DNA of 64,000 nucleotides. Origin: Candidatus Nomurabacteria bacterium (GTDB taxonomy: Bacteria; Patescibacteriota; Minisyncoccia; Phycocordibacterales; UBA9973). The position numbers were made by a program, and so were the translations under genes. The stretch lies in assembly GCA_021413905.1 (NCBI GenBank), contig JAIOPO010000005.1, forward strand, positions 146,957 to 210,956, written 5' to 3'. Under the pieces are notes generated by a model. It did no database searches, had not been told where the DNA came from, and saw only the letters and a program-made list of their open reading frames with translations. Shown one piece after another: positions 1 through 10,769 of the stretch (positions are counted from its first letter, which is position 1; the number at the start of each line of letters is the position of its first letter).

Positions 1-3000
1 TTTGAAGAAGATAATATACTAAAAGGAGTCACGCTTAAAATATTACTTTGGTTGCCAGCTGAATCTGTAACTAACAATGTACAATTTGAATGAACACCAA
101 CGCTTAATGATTCAAAATTTAAAATATTTAAACCTGAAGTAGCGCTCAAAGTAACAGCACGACAATCTCCTGTACCATAACTAATAGATCCGGCTTCGGA
201 CGAAGTAAAGACGTAAGAAGGTGTTGAATTTATAGATGAAGATATAGCAGAATTTTCTGAAATTACTGGTGCTAAAGTATCAATATTAAAATTCAAAGAA
301 TCAGTAGGATCAAGTGGTTCATTTAAAACAGAATCAGTCCAACCAGTACCTACAGTAATTACATTAGAAGAATCTTCAATATCATCATCTGGAGTAAAAA
401 TAGCTGTATATATTTTACTATCTCCTGGGTCAACTACAACAGAAGACAATGTTCCATTTGATACAGAAATATCACCATCATCAAAACCAGAAGGTTCACT
501 TGAAAATGTAAATGTCACATTTGCCACATCTCCTATTTTTAAATCATAATCATTCAAAGAAACAACTAAAGTAGGTCTCACGGTATTATAAGTAACAATA
601 TTGTCTGTTGAAGAGGAAGACATATTCGGATTACCATTAGAATTATGAGCGACATCAGAAGAAATAGATACAATAACAGTTCCGTCGACAGCCATATCAG
701 ACACTGCAATATTGAAATTCATATGATCTCCCGAATCTGTTACGACGACAGTACCAGCATTAGCTGTTCCAGATAATGTGACATCTGTTTCATCGAAATC
801 TAAAACGGTCTGAGAAAATACAGCTGTGAAATTTATAGGAGAAATATCTGTTGGATCTCTTGGGTCAGTTTGCTCAACGGTCACAGTCAAACCAGAAGTA
901 TCAATATCAAAAGTATGACCTGAATCTGAATCCATAACATTACTAGATACATCTTCTGCTCCAGAAATAGTAATTGTTTTAGTTAAAGGACCGATAGAAT
1001 CTGGCACAGTAAAATCATAACAAAATGTTTTTGAATTATGTATCAAATCACAAGCGTACATAGCGGTAGTTGAAACATTACCAACATCAATTCCATTAAT
1101 TTCTATATCTGGAACATTAGAAATATCTTCATTAAAAACAACAAATATAGTATGAGGAGTAGTTGTTAATTTATTAAAAGTTTGACTATCAGAACTAACA
1201 GAAACTATATAAGGTTTTGAATTATCATAAATAAAAGACAAGATGTTAGACTGTGTATTCAAATTATTTGAAGCATCTTCTGCAACACCAGCTGGAACAA
1301 AAACATCTACAGCTCCATCACCAGGGGTAACATCAAAAGTATAAACAGAATCATTAACTGCTTGCAAATTTGAAACAACTCCGTTGGCAACAACAATATC
1401 GTTTAACAAATCATCGAAGCCAGTTACTCCCCCAAGAATAGCACTTGAGAATGTAGCAGTTATGTTAAAAGTACTATCGCTCGTAGGAACAGGCGAAAGC
1501 GAAGATGTGGAAGTTAATATAACAGTAGGATTTACTGAATTGTATGTAATATTAATTGTATTAGAAGTTGTACTATTTAAATTTAATGCTAAATCTTGAG
1601 CTGAATTAGTTTTTATAAAAACAGAAATTGCAGAAGTTGGATTTGATGGAGAAATTTCAAAAGTATAATTTTCATCACTACCAATCAAATTACCAGCCAC
1701 CCCACCTGTTACATCTATATCATTAAGATTAAAACCTGTAACATGTTCACTAAACAAAACACTTACAGAAATCGGAGATATATTAGTTGGATCTGAAAAC
1801 GTTGTATTTATTGAAACTGTAGGCAATGTTGTATCAGTATAAATATCAATAGAACCCACATTATCAGGCAATACATCTACCGAAGAATTACCGGCCAAAT
1901 CAGTACCAGTTATTGTTACATTTTCCGGAACCAAACCTTCAGCTAAAACATCTGAAATTATTGTTCTATTGTAAGTATACACATCACCAGAGAGATGAGT
2001 AGTTGTACCAGAAACAACATCGTTATTTGAACCTTCAGAATCTATAGAAATATAAGGCGCTGAATTAAGTGTTTCATCAGATGTAATTTTAATAATATAA
2101 CTACCTGCTTTTAAATATGAATTATTACTCAAAGGGAAAATCAATCCTGTATCTGATGAATCATAATATTCTATATTAAATTTTGGAAAAGAAGTATCTA
2201 TTGTATAAATTTGTCCTGTGGTAAATGGTAAATTAGAAAGACCACCGCCAGTTAAATCAAAAACAATTGCATTACTATCTGCTTGTAATTGAATAGTTCC
2301 TTCTCCAGAATAACTATCTACAGTAACAGTCCAAGTTGTACCAGAACCACTAACATTTGAAATTTGAGCGCCTGAAACTCCAGTATTATTTAAAACAAAA
2401 TCTGAAATATCGACACCTGTTACCGACTCAGAAAAAGTAACAGTAAAATCAACACTTGAGACATTTGTAGGAGATGTGTTAGCTCTAACAATAGAAGTTA
2501 CATAAGGTAATGATGTATCAAAAGTAACATTTGTTGAAGATACAGTAGCAACAATATTACCAGCAACATCAGTTCCATTAAAATCAAAATCATAAATTGC
2601 ACCATCTACTAAAGACTGAGCGACAGTACAACCATTTCCAGTACCAATACTAAAATGATTATGTGTACCACTATTTAATGCTGTATTTCTAAAAGTACAT
2701 AAATGAGGAGAAGCATTATCTACTGAACCACCTATTCTAGTGATAGCAATAGAACCACTCGCTAAAGATTCACTTAATGTATAAGAAATTGAAGAAGATA
2801 TTGTAACACTACTTATAAATCCATTACTAACTGGATTCACGGAAGAAAAAACAGGAGCGGTATTGTCCAAAGTAAAAGTATCTCCGGAAACAGGTGTTGA
2901 TGTTATCAAATTACCGGCCAAATCAGTACCAGTTGAAAAGGAAACTGTTTCAGTTCCATCACCAGAACCAACACTGTAAACATAATAATAGTGAGTACTA

Positions 3001-6000
3001 TCAACGCGCACCATATTTACAGCCGAAATATTATCAGGACCTGAAAGAACTATTTGCATTGCCGGAGAAGTAGCAATAGGTTTATTAAAAGTAGCTGTAA
3101 TGGTTAAAGAGTCCCCCATTTTAACAATTCTATCTGTGTCAGAATATGTTACAGATGCTGTTGGAGCAACATCATCTGTATTTAATTGCCCAACTAAAAG
3201 ATACGATGTATTACTTGAATGATCTGAAGCGGTAGCACATAAATAATCAGTATGAACTCCTGTTATATAAAAATCACTTCCACTAGTAAATAAATTTCCA
3301 TAAGTATCTGAAACATCACAAATATTATCAGAGCTAAAACCATATTGAACAGTTGCAGTATCTAAATCTGTATCCGAAGCTGTGATATTTATAGTATCAG
3401 AAGAAACCGGACCTGTGTCTGTACCAGAATTAATTGTTAACACTGGAGGTAATGGATCTGAAGGTATATTGTCTACAGTTAAACCACTAGAGTAATTACT
3501 ATTACTATCTACTGTAAATATTTTATAAAAATAATTTACTCCATTAGTTAAACCAGTATCAGTAAAATGATTCAAACTACCTGTATACAAAATATTACTT
3601 GAACCCAAAACTCCTGGAGCAGAATAAGAAGCACCTTCGGTAGGAGCATCAGAAATTGATGATGTTTTTCTTAACACAAGAACATTATTAAAATCAATAT
3701 CAGTTGGATTGGTCCAAGTCAAAGAAATTTGTTGACTCCCTGCTGAAGAATTCAAACTAGAAATATCATCAGTAGAAAGATTGTCGATTGTAATCGTAGC
3801 ACTATTATTACCAAAACCTGAAGGGGTATGACTAGACACAAAAGAACTTACAGTACTAGTTACAACATAATCAGCTCCAGGAATAGCCGGCATATTTAAA
3901 TGAGTTTTTGGCGTAATGCGAATTTTAAAAATGGTCGGAGTTGTAGTTACAGGAATAGGTGTTCCTCCTGAAAAATTTATAACATTAGACAAAGGATCAG
4001 TTGCAACATTAAAATAAGTTGTATTATTGTCATCACTAGTAACCCTGACTTCACTAATGCCGACATACACACCACTTGATAATGTTACAGTTAAAGATGT
4101 AACAGAATCAGTCCCAGTAGTTGTATAAAAAGTAAATTTATCTAAATCAACAACAGAAGAACCTGGTGCAACTGTAACGCTAGATGGATCAGTACTACTA
4201 CCTAATATAGTAGAAACTGAAAATACCCAATTTGGATTATTTCCGCCATCAAAATTAGTACTGTCAGAAGCATCTATATAATTAGTAGAAGAATTGGCAT
4301 TAGATCTGGAAACATTTACATAAGAAACACTTTGACTGCCAGAAACATCTAAATACCAATAAGAAGAATTTGTACTTCTAAAGTAGATTTTTGTTCCAGA
4401 ACCTTGTCCATTCCAATTTACATTATTAAATGTATAAGTTGAACCAGCATTATATTGTACACGCACCGAAGCTGTTGTAATGTTGTAATTATTTGTAGAT
4501 TGTAAATTACTTGAGAAAACAACTGATGGTAAAAAATTTGTTAATTCATTGTCTGTAGCATCAGCTCCTGAACTATTTGTAATTGTTAAATTATAAAAAG
4601 ATGAACTGGAAGCAGAAGTCATATTCCCTGACAATGTTTGTGTTGTATTACCATTCAAATTAACTGTGCCATTTTGTGCATTAAAAATACCATTGTTTAT
4701 ATAATCACCTGAAAGATTTAAAGTATAATTTTGCCCAGAAACAGTGTTCAATGTATTATTTGAATCAATAGTCAAAGTACCTAAAATATTTGTTACTCCA
4801 GATAAAGATTTAATTGGAGTACCAGTATTACGAGACAAACGCAACCCTCCATAAGATGGCAAAGAAGAAATAGTTTGATTTACTCCTGCATTATAAATGA
4901 CAGTTGATAATTTATGTAAGGTTGTATGAATATTTGTGAAATTTGTAGGAAATACAGTAGCAGTTGTATTTGAACCAAGTCTTAAAAAAGCACCAGTACT
5001 CATTATAAATTGTTCTCCACTATTTCCTGTAATTTGAAAACCTCCATCATACAAAGTACCATTCAATATTTTCAAATATCCATTCACAGTAATAGCACCT
5101 GTCATTGTAGCTGTTTGCCCACTATTATCAACAACAAAATGATAATAAGTTGTAGATTTTATATTTTGAGAAACAGAATTACTAGTATATTGAACGATGT
5201 TACCATTAGCTGTCGCTGTTAAAGTTGTGATCGTTGGGACTGTTCCAGTAAATGTCAAAATAGCATCGACTCCTTGAGTGATTGTGCCAATTGTCGGTTG
5301 TGAACCTGAAAAAATAAGCCCATTATTAACACCGGTATCATTATTGGCAATATTTGTAATTGTAAAAGATTGAGAACCTGAAACAGTTTGTTCGTTTGTG
5401 TCAAAAGTATAAAGACCTGTTCCAGCATTAAATGTACCGTTATTCGAAAGACCTCCCCTAAAAGTAAAAGCCGGATTAGCTACATTTGTAGTCCATGTAC
5501 CACCACTGTTAACAGTAACAAGTCCTATAAAAATATTTGTTCCTGTAACAGAATTATCATTAAATGTACCGGAAATAGAAGAAGTACTGTTCACAGTCAA
5601 GGAATTTGTAGCAATTTGCAATAAAGTTCCAGAAGAAATAACGAGATCGTTCAAAGAAATACTTTTTGCATTATTACCAAAAGTTGTAATACCAGAAGAA
5701 ACAGTAAAAGTACCAGTTGAGGTAATATTTGAATTTAAAGTAATTGTAGCAGTACCTAGTGTTGATATATTATTCCATGTTATTTTATTACCACCACCCC
5801 TGTCAGTATCTAGATTAGTAGATGCGCTAATATTTAACGTAGATAAACTAGCATCAACAACACCACCATTTGAATTATTATAAGTTAAAGTTTTAGTAGA
5901 TCCATCAAAATATACGTTTGGGTAAGAAACAGTTCCTATATTTATAGTACCTGTTGGTTTGATAGTTAAATTTTTCTGTAAAATACCAGTACCTGTGTTA

Positions 6001-7478
6001 GACCATGTTCCAGAACCATCCATTATAATATTCGCACTTCCTGTGATATTTCCATTTTGAGAATCTTGTTTTAAACTTCCACCAACAGTAATATCTCTAG
6101 GAGTATCTGTGCTAGGTAAAGTAAAACCTCTTATTATAGATCCTCTTTGTGTACTGTTTATACTTGTAGTTTGAAAAGTCAGATCATGATCTATATCTAA
6201 ATCAGCCAAAATAGACAGAGTGTTAGCATTTAAAATAGTAGTAACATCATACCAACTCATATTTGCAGAAGGTGTATTTAAAGTAGTACCTGAACCAGAC
6301 AAAATTAAATTTGAATTGCTAGTATTGATAGTTCCTGAAGTCCAAGACAAAGTACCTTGACCATAACCAATATCTCCACTTACAGTGATAATGCCACTAG
6401 TATTAAAATTTAAATTGGTTCTAAACAAAGAACCTGTTCCAGACAAAGTACCAGTACCGTCCATAATCAAAGTTTGGCTAGTAGCACCAGTTACAGTAAC
6501 ATCTGAATTAATAGTTAAATCTCCTCCAACATTTATATTGTAAGAACCACTCAAATTAAAAGCGCTCGAATTTGTGTAATTCAACCAAACAAGATTTCCA
6601 GACACAACTAAATTATTAGACAAAGTAAAATTACCACTAACAGTATTTGATATCACAGCATTTGCAACTGTAATATTATTCCAACTAATTCCACTAGTAT
6701 TAAAAGTGACTCCATTTCCAATATCAAGCATCAAAGTAGAACCTGTTGTCGTAACAACAGCACCACTAGTGGCTGAAATTGTTATAGAAGTTGGAGCATC
6801 ATAAACGACTGTTCCGGAAATTGTAGTATTTGCAGAAGAAGAAAAATTTATATTCATTCTAATTCCACAATCTTGTTGAACACTGGTTGAGAAGGTCGGC
6901 AAAGATGCATGTTGCCAAACACCCGTACCAGTAAAAATCAAAGTTCGACCTGTTCCTTTTATTTGAGCAGTACCATTCATTGTAATATTTGAAGTAGTAA
7001 GATCGTTTGTTGAAACAGTAAGAATTCTACCAGAAGAAACATCAATTCCGTAAAAAGTTTTCCCCGCAGAAATCAAAGTAGATGTTCCATTAAAAATCCA
7101 TTTATTTGAATTTGGAGTAAATGTCATTCCTGAAGCGAGAGTAACATTTCCGGTTGTTGTAATAGTAGAATTCAAAGTAAAAGTATTTGTGTAACCGGAA
7201 AAATTTACAACACTAGCAAAAGAAGGTGCATCGACTGTAATTTGACCTGAACCAGAATCTAAATTAACAGTATCACCCACTGTTGGATAAGTACCGGCAT
7301 TCGTAGAACTAGCAGATGAAACCGTTGACCAAGTAGAACTACTAGACCAGTTACCACCCACAGAACGAGCGTAATAAGTTGAAGCCTGAGCGATATTTCC
7401 AGAAAAAATAAAACACAAAAATGCAAAAATAAAAAATGCAAAAAATTTGTAATTTATTTTCCAAAAGCCAAGTCTCAT
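1..7478 (-). CDS. Giant secreted surface protein/adhesin (>2,490 aa, 3' end beyond window): signal peptide, S/T/N/G-rich beta-helix-like N-terminal half, then tandem Ig-like repeats
   Basis: ATG at 7478 gives MRLGFWKINYKFFAFFIFAFLCFIFSGNIAQASTYYARSVGGNWSSSSTWS (signal peptide). The same frame reads TLLVTDSAGNQSNILSVTPF at the window edge. Ig-like repeats contain DxxGN and DTTxPxV motifs. The ORF is absent from the track because there is no stop in the window. Confidence 0.85.
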   Translation of the reverse strand, partial: MRLGFWKINYKFFAFFIFAFLCFIFSGNIAQASTYYARSVGGNWSSSSTWSTVSSASSTNAGTYPTVGDTVNLDSGSGQITVDAPSFASVVNFSGYTNTFTLNSTITTTGNVTLASGMTFTPNSNKWIFNGTSTLISAGKTFYGIDVSSGRILTVSTNDLTTSNITMNGTAQIKGTGRTLIFTGTGVWQHASLPTFSTSVQQDCGIRMNINFSSSANTTISGTVVYDAPTSITISATSGAVVTTTGSTLMLDIGNGVTFNTSGISWNNITVANAVISNTVSGNFTLSNNLVVSGNLVWLNYTNSSAFNLSGSYNINVGGDLTINSDVTVTGATSQTLIMDGTGTLSGTGSLFRTNLNFNTSGIITVSGDIGYGQGTLSWTSGTINTSNSNLILSGSGTTLNTPSANMSWYDVTTILNANTLSILADLDIDHDLTFQTTSINSTQRGSIIRGFTLPSTDTPRDITVGGSLKQDSQNGNITGSANIIMDGSGTWSNTGTGILQKNLTIKPTGTINIGTVSYPNVYFDGSTKTLTYNNSNGGVVDASLSTLNISASTNLDTDRGGGNKITWNNISTLGTATITLNSNITSTGTFTVSSGITTFGNNAKSISLNDLVISSGTLLQIATNSLTVNSTSSISGTFNDNSVTGTNIFIGLVTVNSGGTWTTNVANPAFTFRGGLSNNGTFNAGTGLYTFDTNEQTVSGSQSFTITNIANNDTGVNNGLIFSGSQPTIGTITQGVDAILTFTGTVPTITTLTATANGNIVQYTSNSVSQNIKSTTYYHFVVDNSGQTATMTGAITVNGYLKILNGTLYDGGFQITGNSGEQFIMSTGAFLRLGSNTTATVFPTNFTNIHTTLHKLSTVIYNAGVNQTISSLPSYGGLRLSRNTGTPIKSLSGVTNILGTLTIDSNNTLNTVSGQNYTLNLSGDYINNGIFNAQNGTVNLNGNTTQTLSGNMTSASSSSFYNLTITNSSGADATDNELTNFLPSVVFSSNLQSTNNYNITTASVRVQYNAGSTYTFNNVNWNGQGSGTKIYFRSTNSSYWYLDVSGSQSVSYVNVSRSNANSSTNYIDASDSTNFDGGNNPNWVFSVSTILGSSTDPSSVTVAPGSSVVDLDKFTFYTTTGTDSVTSLTVTLSSGVYVGISEVRVTSDDNNTTYFNVATDPLSNVINFSGGTPIPVTTTPTIFKIRITPKTHLNMPAIPGADYVVTSTVSSFVSSHTPSGFGNNSATITIDNLSTDDISSLNSSAGSQQISLTWTNPTDIDFNNVLVLRKTSSISDAPTEGASYSAPGVLGSSNILYTGSLNHFTDTGLTNGVNYFYKIFTVDSNSNYSSGLTVDNIPSDPLPPVLTINSGTDTGPVSSDTINITASDTDLDTATVQYGFSSDNICDVSDTYGNLFTSGSDFYITGVHTDYLCATASDHSSNTSYLLVGQLNTDDVAPTASVTYSDTDRIVKMGDSLTITATFNKPIATSPAMQIVLSGPDNISAVNMVRVDSTHYYYVYSVGSGDGTETVSFSTGTDLAGNLITSTPVSGDTFTLDNTAPVFSSVNPVSNGFISSVTISSSISYTLSESLASGSIAITRIGGSVDNASPHLCTFRNTALNSGTHNHFSIGTGNGCTVAQSLVDGAIYDFDFNGTDVAGNIVATVSSTNVTFDTSLPYVTSIVRANTSPTNVSSVDFTVTFSESVTGVDISDFVLNNTGVSGAQISNVSGSGTTWTVTVDSYSGEGTIQLQADSNAIVFDLTGGGLSNLPFTTGQIYTIDTSFPKFNIEYYDSSDTGLIFPLSNNSYLKAGSYIIKITSDETLNSAPYISIDSEGSNNDVVSGTTTHLSGDVYTYNRTIISDVLAEGLVPENVTITGTDLAGNSSVDVLPDNVGSIDIYTDTTLPTVSINTTFSDPTNISPISVSVLFSEHVTGFNLNDIDVTGGVAGNLIGSDENYTFEISPSNPTSAISVFIKTNSAQDLALNLNSTTSNTINITYNSVNPTVILTSTSSLSPVPTSDSTFNITATFSSAILGGVTGFDDLLNDIVVANGVVSNLQAVNDSVYTFDVTPGDGAVDVFVPAGVAEDASNNLNTQSNILSFIYDNSKPYIVSVSSDSQTFNKLTTTPHTIFVVFNEDISNVPDIEINGIDVGNVSTTAMYACDLIHNSKTFCYDFTVPDSIGPLTKTITISGAEDVSSNVMDSDSGHTFDIDTSGLTVTVEQTDPRDPTDISPINFTAVFSQTVLDFDETDVTLSGTANAGTVVVTDSGDHMNFNIAVSDMAVDGTVIVSISSDVAHNSNGNPNMSSSSTDNIVTYNTVRPTLVVSLNDYDLKIGDVANVTFTFSSEPSGFDDGDISVSNGTLSSVVVDPGDSKIYTAIFTPDDDIEDSSNVITVGTGWTDSVLNEPLDPTDSLNFNIDTLAPVISENSAISSSINSTPSYVFTSSEAGSISYGTGDCRAVTLSATSGLNILNFESLSVGVHSNCTLLVTDSAGNQSNILSVTPFSILSSS

Positions 7479-7806
7479 ATACATATAATAATAACATTTA
7501 GATAAAAAAATTGAATAAAAAAATACAAAAATTAATGTGTATAACTAAAAAAGTTTTTTTAAAAGAAAATTAATTGAATTAAAAAAAATTATAAACAAAA
7601 ATCCTGTAAAACAAAAAAAATGGCACACATCTCAAACAAAAGACAGAAAACAAAGGAAAACCACAAACAAACAATAAACCGAAGATTAAACAATACCACC
7701 TAATATTTTCTATTTTTTACCTTGCAGGTCTTCAAAGAATATAAATTAAAAAAATATTAAATAAAAAATCGCAAGGATAATAATTTAAAAACTTATATTT
7801 TAAAAG

Positions 7807-7831
7807 ATTCGCAAGGACTGTCCTTGCGAAT
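7807..7831. repeat. REP-like perfect palindrome upstream of RAYT-like gene
   Basis: ATTCGCAAGGAC-T-GTCCTTGCGAAT (12-bp arms); partial half-site near 7769. Confidence 0.7.
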
Positions 7832-7859
7832 ATACATGTTATATTGATATAATATAAGA

Positions 7860-8489
7860 ATGAAAAGAAGGGATAAATTTATCACAGGTAAATATTATTG
7901 GATCTATAATTCTGGATTAAACAAACAACCAATATTCAATACTGACTCAGACTATCACAGATTTATGATCTTATTGTATTTAGTAAACTCTAAAAACAAG
8001 TCTTTTCGACTTGATGATTTAATCAATAAACAAAAAAAGAGTACTGAAGAAATTTTTACAATAGACAAAGGAGATAAGCTTGTGTCAATAGGTGCTTGGT
8101 GTGTTATGCCAAATTATTTTAATCTATTTATTAAACAAGAAACAGATGGAGGGATATCAAAATTCATGAAAAAACTTTGCACAGGATATTCAATGTATTT
8201 TAATATAAAAGAAAAAAGAAAAGGTCCCCTCTTTGACGGACTATTTAAATCAAAAATGTTAGATGAAAAAAATGCAGAAGAGATGAAAAAATTATTTGCT
8301 TACATTCATTTAAATTTACTTGATATGAAATTTTCAGATTGGGAAAATGAAATAAAAAAATCATCGAATGAGATGGTGAAATTTATCGAGTCATATCCCT
8401 ACTCCAGTTATTTAGATTATGATGACAAAAATAGACCTGAGAAAAAAATCATATCACCAGAGAATTTTCCAAACTATTTAAACAATTAA
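7860..8489 (+). CDS. REP-associated tyrosine transposase (RAYT/Y1_Tnp family) homologue with degenerate HUH motif
   Basis: YYWIYNSG..KQPIF, AWCVMPNYFNL (normally MPNHFHL), GYSMYFN, GPLFDGLFKS, YIHLN, YPYSSY. Confidence 0.85.
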   Translation: MKRRDKFITGKYYWIYNSGLNKQPIFNTDSDYHRFMILLYLVNSKNKSFRLDDLINKQKKSTEEIFTIDKGDKLVSIGAWCVMPNYFNLFIKQETDGGISKFMKKLCTGYSMYFNIKEKRKGPLFDGLFKSKMLDEKNAEEMKKLFAYIHLNLLDMKFSDWENEIKKSSNEMVKFIESYPYSSYLDYDDKNRPEKKIISPENFPNYLNN

Positions 8490-8545
8490 AAAATTGTTTT
8501 TTAATAAAAAACAATTTATAATTAAAAAAAGAACATTGTAAAAAA

Positions 8546-9047
8546 ATGGAAAAGTTTAATGAATTCTTCTTGATTCCTGTCAGACCAGAGAATCTTGAAA
8601 AGGCTATACAAATAGCTCGAGAAATATTCCCCTACGAAAATTCTAATGACGGAGAATTTCTTCCGGAAAAAGAATACAAAATGTCTCTAAAGGATTTTAA
8701 AAAATTCTTTAATTTGTTTTTAGTTGAATATGAAAATCAGATTATTGGTATAACTGGTTTTTATCGCAACTACCGAAGACTGAGACAAACCAAAGAATTG
8801 TGGCTTTAGCTACTTTGGAATCAGAAGACAATTCAGAAACAAAGGTCTCGGTAAAAAGGTTCTGCTTATTACATTGGAAACAATTAAAAAATTGTACGGA
8901 AAAAAAATTTGTACAATTAAATTGTATACAACAAACAGAAAAGCGGAAACAAAATCCCACAGACTTTATCGGAGTGTCGGATTTAAAAAATACGCACACC
9001 GAAACACAAAACCTTTTCACACTTATTATTTTAAATTAAAAGTGTGA
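8546..9047 (+). pseudogene. GNAT acetyltransferase split by a +1 frameshift at CTT-TAG-C (8804-8810)
   Basis: Frame 0 ends ...KELWL*. The +1 frame continues SYFGIRRQFRNKGLGKK...LYRSVGFK...KV* (TGA 9045-9047), which supplies GNAT motifs A and B. Confidence 0.75.
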
Positions 9048-9052
9048 TCATA

Positions 9053-9081
9053 AAAAAAATCCGGACAAAATCCGGATTTTT
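9053..9081. terminator. Bidirectional-type intrinsic terminator between GNAT and tRNA-His
   Basis: AAAAAAATCCGG-ACAAAAT-CCGGATTTTT. Confidence 0.6.
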
Positions 9082-9085
9082 ATTT

Positions 9086-9161
9086 TGGGGTGCCCATCGG
9101 GAGTTGAACCCGAATTGAGAGTTCCACAAACTCTAGTGTTAACCATTACACCATGGGCACC
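9086..9161 (-). tRNA. tRNA-His(GTG)
   Basis: Cloverleaf on minus strand, anticodon arm AGAGT-TTGTGGA-ACTCT, G-1, encoded CCA. Confidence 0.95.
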
Positions 9162-9264
9162 ATGTGACCTTTCCTTAAAAGGTATTCTTATTTATAACAA
9201 TTTTTTATTCATTAGTCCAGTAAATTTTAAACACTAAAAATAATGAAATTATTGGTATTAATTG

Positions 9265-9348
9265 TGCGCAGGGGGAGATTTGAACTCCCACAAGATTACT
9301 CCTGCTACCACCTCAAGGTAGTGCGTCTACCAATTTCGCCACCTGCGC
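9265..9348 (-). tRNA. tRNA-Leu(GAG)
   Basis: GCGCAGGTGGCGAAATTGGTAGACGC, anticodon arm CTACC-TTGAGGT-GGTAG, long variable arm, GTTCAAATC T-loop. Confidence 0.95.
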
Positions 9349-9377
9349 ATTTACTGAGTCTAGCATATTTCCAAAAA

Positions 9378-9409
9378 AATAAAACCCCGTTAGGGGTTTT
9401 ATTTTTTTT
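9378..9409 (-). terminator. Intrinsic terminator after rplS
   Basis: AAAACCCC-GTTA-GGGGTTTT flanked by A/T runs. Confidence 0.6.
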
Positions 9410-9410
9410 A

Positions 9411-9857
9411 TTATTCAGATTTTGTTTCTTCTATTTCAGCTTCGACTTCTTCTTGAGAACGATTATTTGCTACTGAACGAAGTTTACGGCGAACGTCTTT
9501 GACTGCTTTAGTTCTGACGTAGTAGAGTTTTGATCTGCGAGCACGAGCCTTTTTTGTAACTTCTATCTTTTCAACCATTGGAGAAAACAGAGGGAAAATT
9601 CTTTCTACGCCCACACCACTTGCTACTCTGCGTACTGTAAATGTAGCCCCTATTTCTGTACCATGCTTACGAGCAAGTACTATACCTTCAAAAGCCTGAA
9701 GACGAAACTTTGGAGCTTCACCTTTTTTAGCGCCCTTTTTTTCTTCTAATATTTTAGTCCATACACGAACAGTATCACCTGCTCCGAAATCAAGCTTCTT
9801 GCGAGCTTCAATATCTACCGGACTGAATTTTATTGCACTAATATTACTTTTAACCAT
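9411..9857 (-). CDS. rplS: 50S ribosomal protein L19
   Basis: GDTVRV, RLQAFEGIVLAR, TFTVRRVASGVGVERIFPLFSP, RARRSKLYYVR. Confidence 0.97.
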   Translation of the reverse strand: MVKSNISAIKFSPVDIEARKKLDFGAGDTVRVWTKILEEKKGAKKGEAPKFRLQAFEGIVLARKHGTEIGATFTVRRVASGVGVERIFPLFSPMVEKIEVTKKARARRSKLYYVRTKAVKDVRRKLRSVANNRSQEEVEAEIEETKSE

Positions 9858-9902
9858 GATTTGAATACTTTATCATAAAAGGTTTTAAAAGGCAAATTGA
9901 AA

Positions 9903-10622
9903 TTATTTTAAAAACTTTTTAAATTCTTTAGGTAAAGTAGACTCTATTTTTAGAGTTTCACCCTTTGGATTTTTGATTTCTATAGAAAGAGAATGCAAAG
10001 CAAGACGATCAATATCTTTCGGGCAAATTCCTTTTGAATTGTATAATCCATCACAAACCACAGGATGACTTATTGATTTTAAATGAACTCTAATTTGATG
10101 TGTCCTACCTGTTTTTGGATGAACTTCCAAAAAAGTAAAATCTTTAAATCTTTTTAAGACTTTAAATTCAGTGATAGCTTCACGCAATTCCCCACGCGCA
10201 CCTCTACCAGCCAGACGTTTCCTGAAATCATTAGGACTGCGACCGATAGGTTTATCAATTATAAATTTATCTTTATTTATTTTTCCTTGAGCCAAAGCGT
10301 AATAAACTTTCTTCACTTCCCTGTTTTGAAATTGCTCTTTTATAAATTCATAAGATTTTTGATTTTTCGCCAAAATTAAAACTCCCGATGTGTCTTTATC
10401 CAATCTATGCACTATACCCGGTCTTTTTATTTCAACGCCATTATACATTGCCGGCTCACCGACATTTTTCATCTTGGGATAATTCTTTAAAACCCAATCA
10501 GTGACAAATTTTTCCTTTTTATTATCGGAATTTGTCCTGAGCATAGCCGAAGGATGCACAGAAATACCAGACGGCTTGTCTATCGCTAAAATATCTTTGT
10601 CTTCGTATAAAATCTTGATCAT
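9903..10622 (-). CDS. RluA/RluD-family pseudouridine synthase
   Basis: DKPSG, VHRLDKDTSG, TGRTHQIRVH, LALHS motifs. Confidence 0.95.
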   Translation of the reverse strand: MIKILYEDKDILAIDKPSGISVHPSAMLRTNSDNKKEKFVTDWVLKNYPKMKNVGEPAMYNGVEIKRPGIVHRLDKDTSGVLILAKNQKSYEFIKEQFQNREVKKVYYALAQGKINKDKFIIDKPIGRSPNDFRKRLAGRGARGELREAITEFKVLKRFKDFTFLEVHPKTGRTHQIRVHLKSISHPVVCDGLYNSKGICPKDIDRLALHSLSIEIKNPKGETLKIESTLPKEFKKFLK

Positions 10623-10769
10623 ATTGAAATCTTATTCGAAATGTTATAGAATTACAAGTGCTTAATGTTTTATGAAATTTTTTAAATAAATAATGAGCAT
10701 TTAGCTGTTTTGGTAGGTATCAAAAAAACTAACCAAGTATATATTGAAAACATAATATAAAACACATTT

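Noticed and set aside
1384-7441. Short ORFs 1384-1599, 5010-5222, 5388-5624 and 7259-7441
   Set aside because: They lie within the giant minus-strand gene.
8742-9476. ORFs 8742-9020, 8800-9039 and 9243-9476
   Set aside because: The first two are wrong-frame overlaps of the GNAT second half; the third is the antisense of tRNA-Leu.
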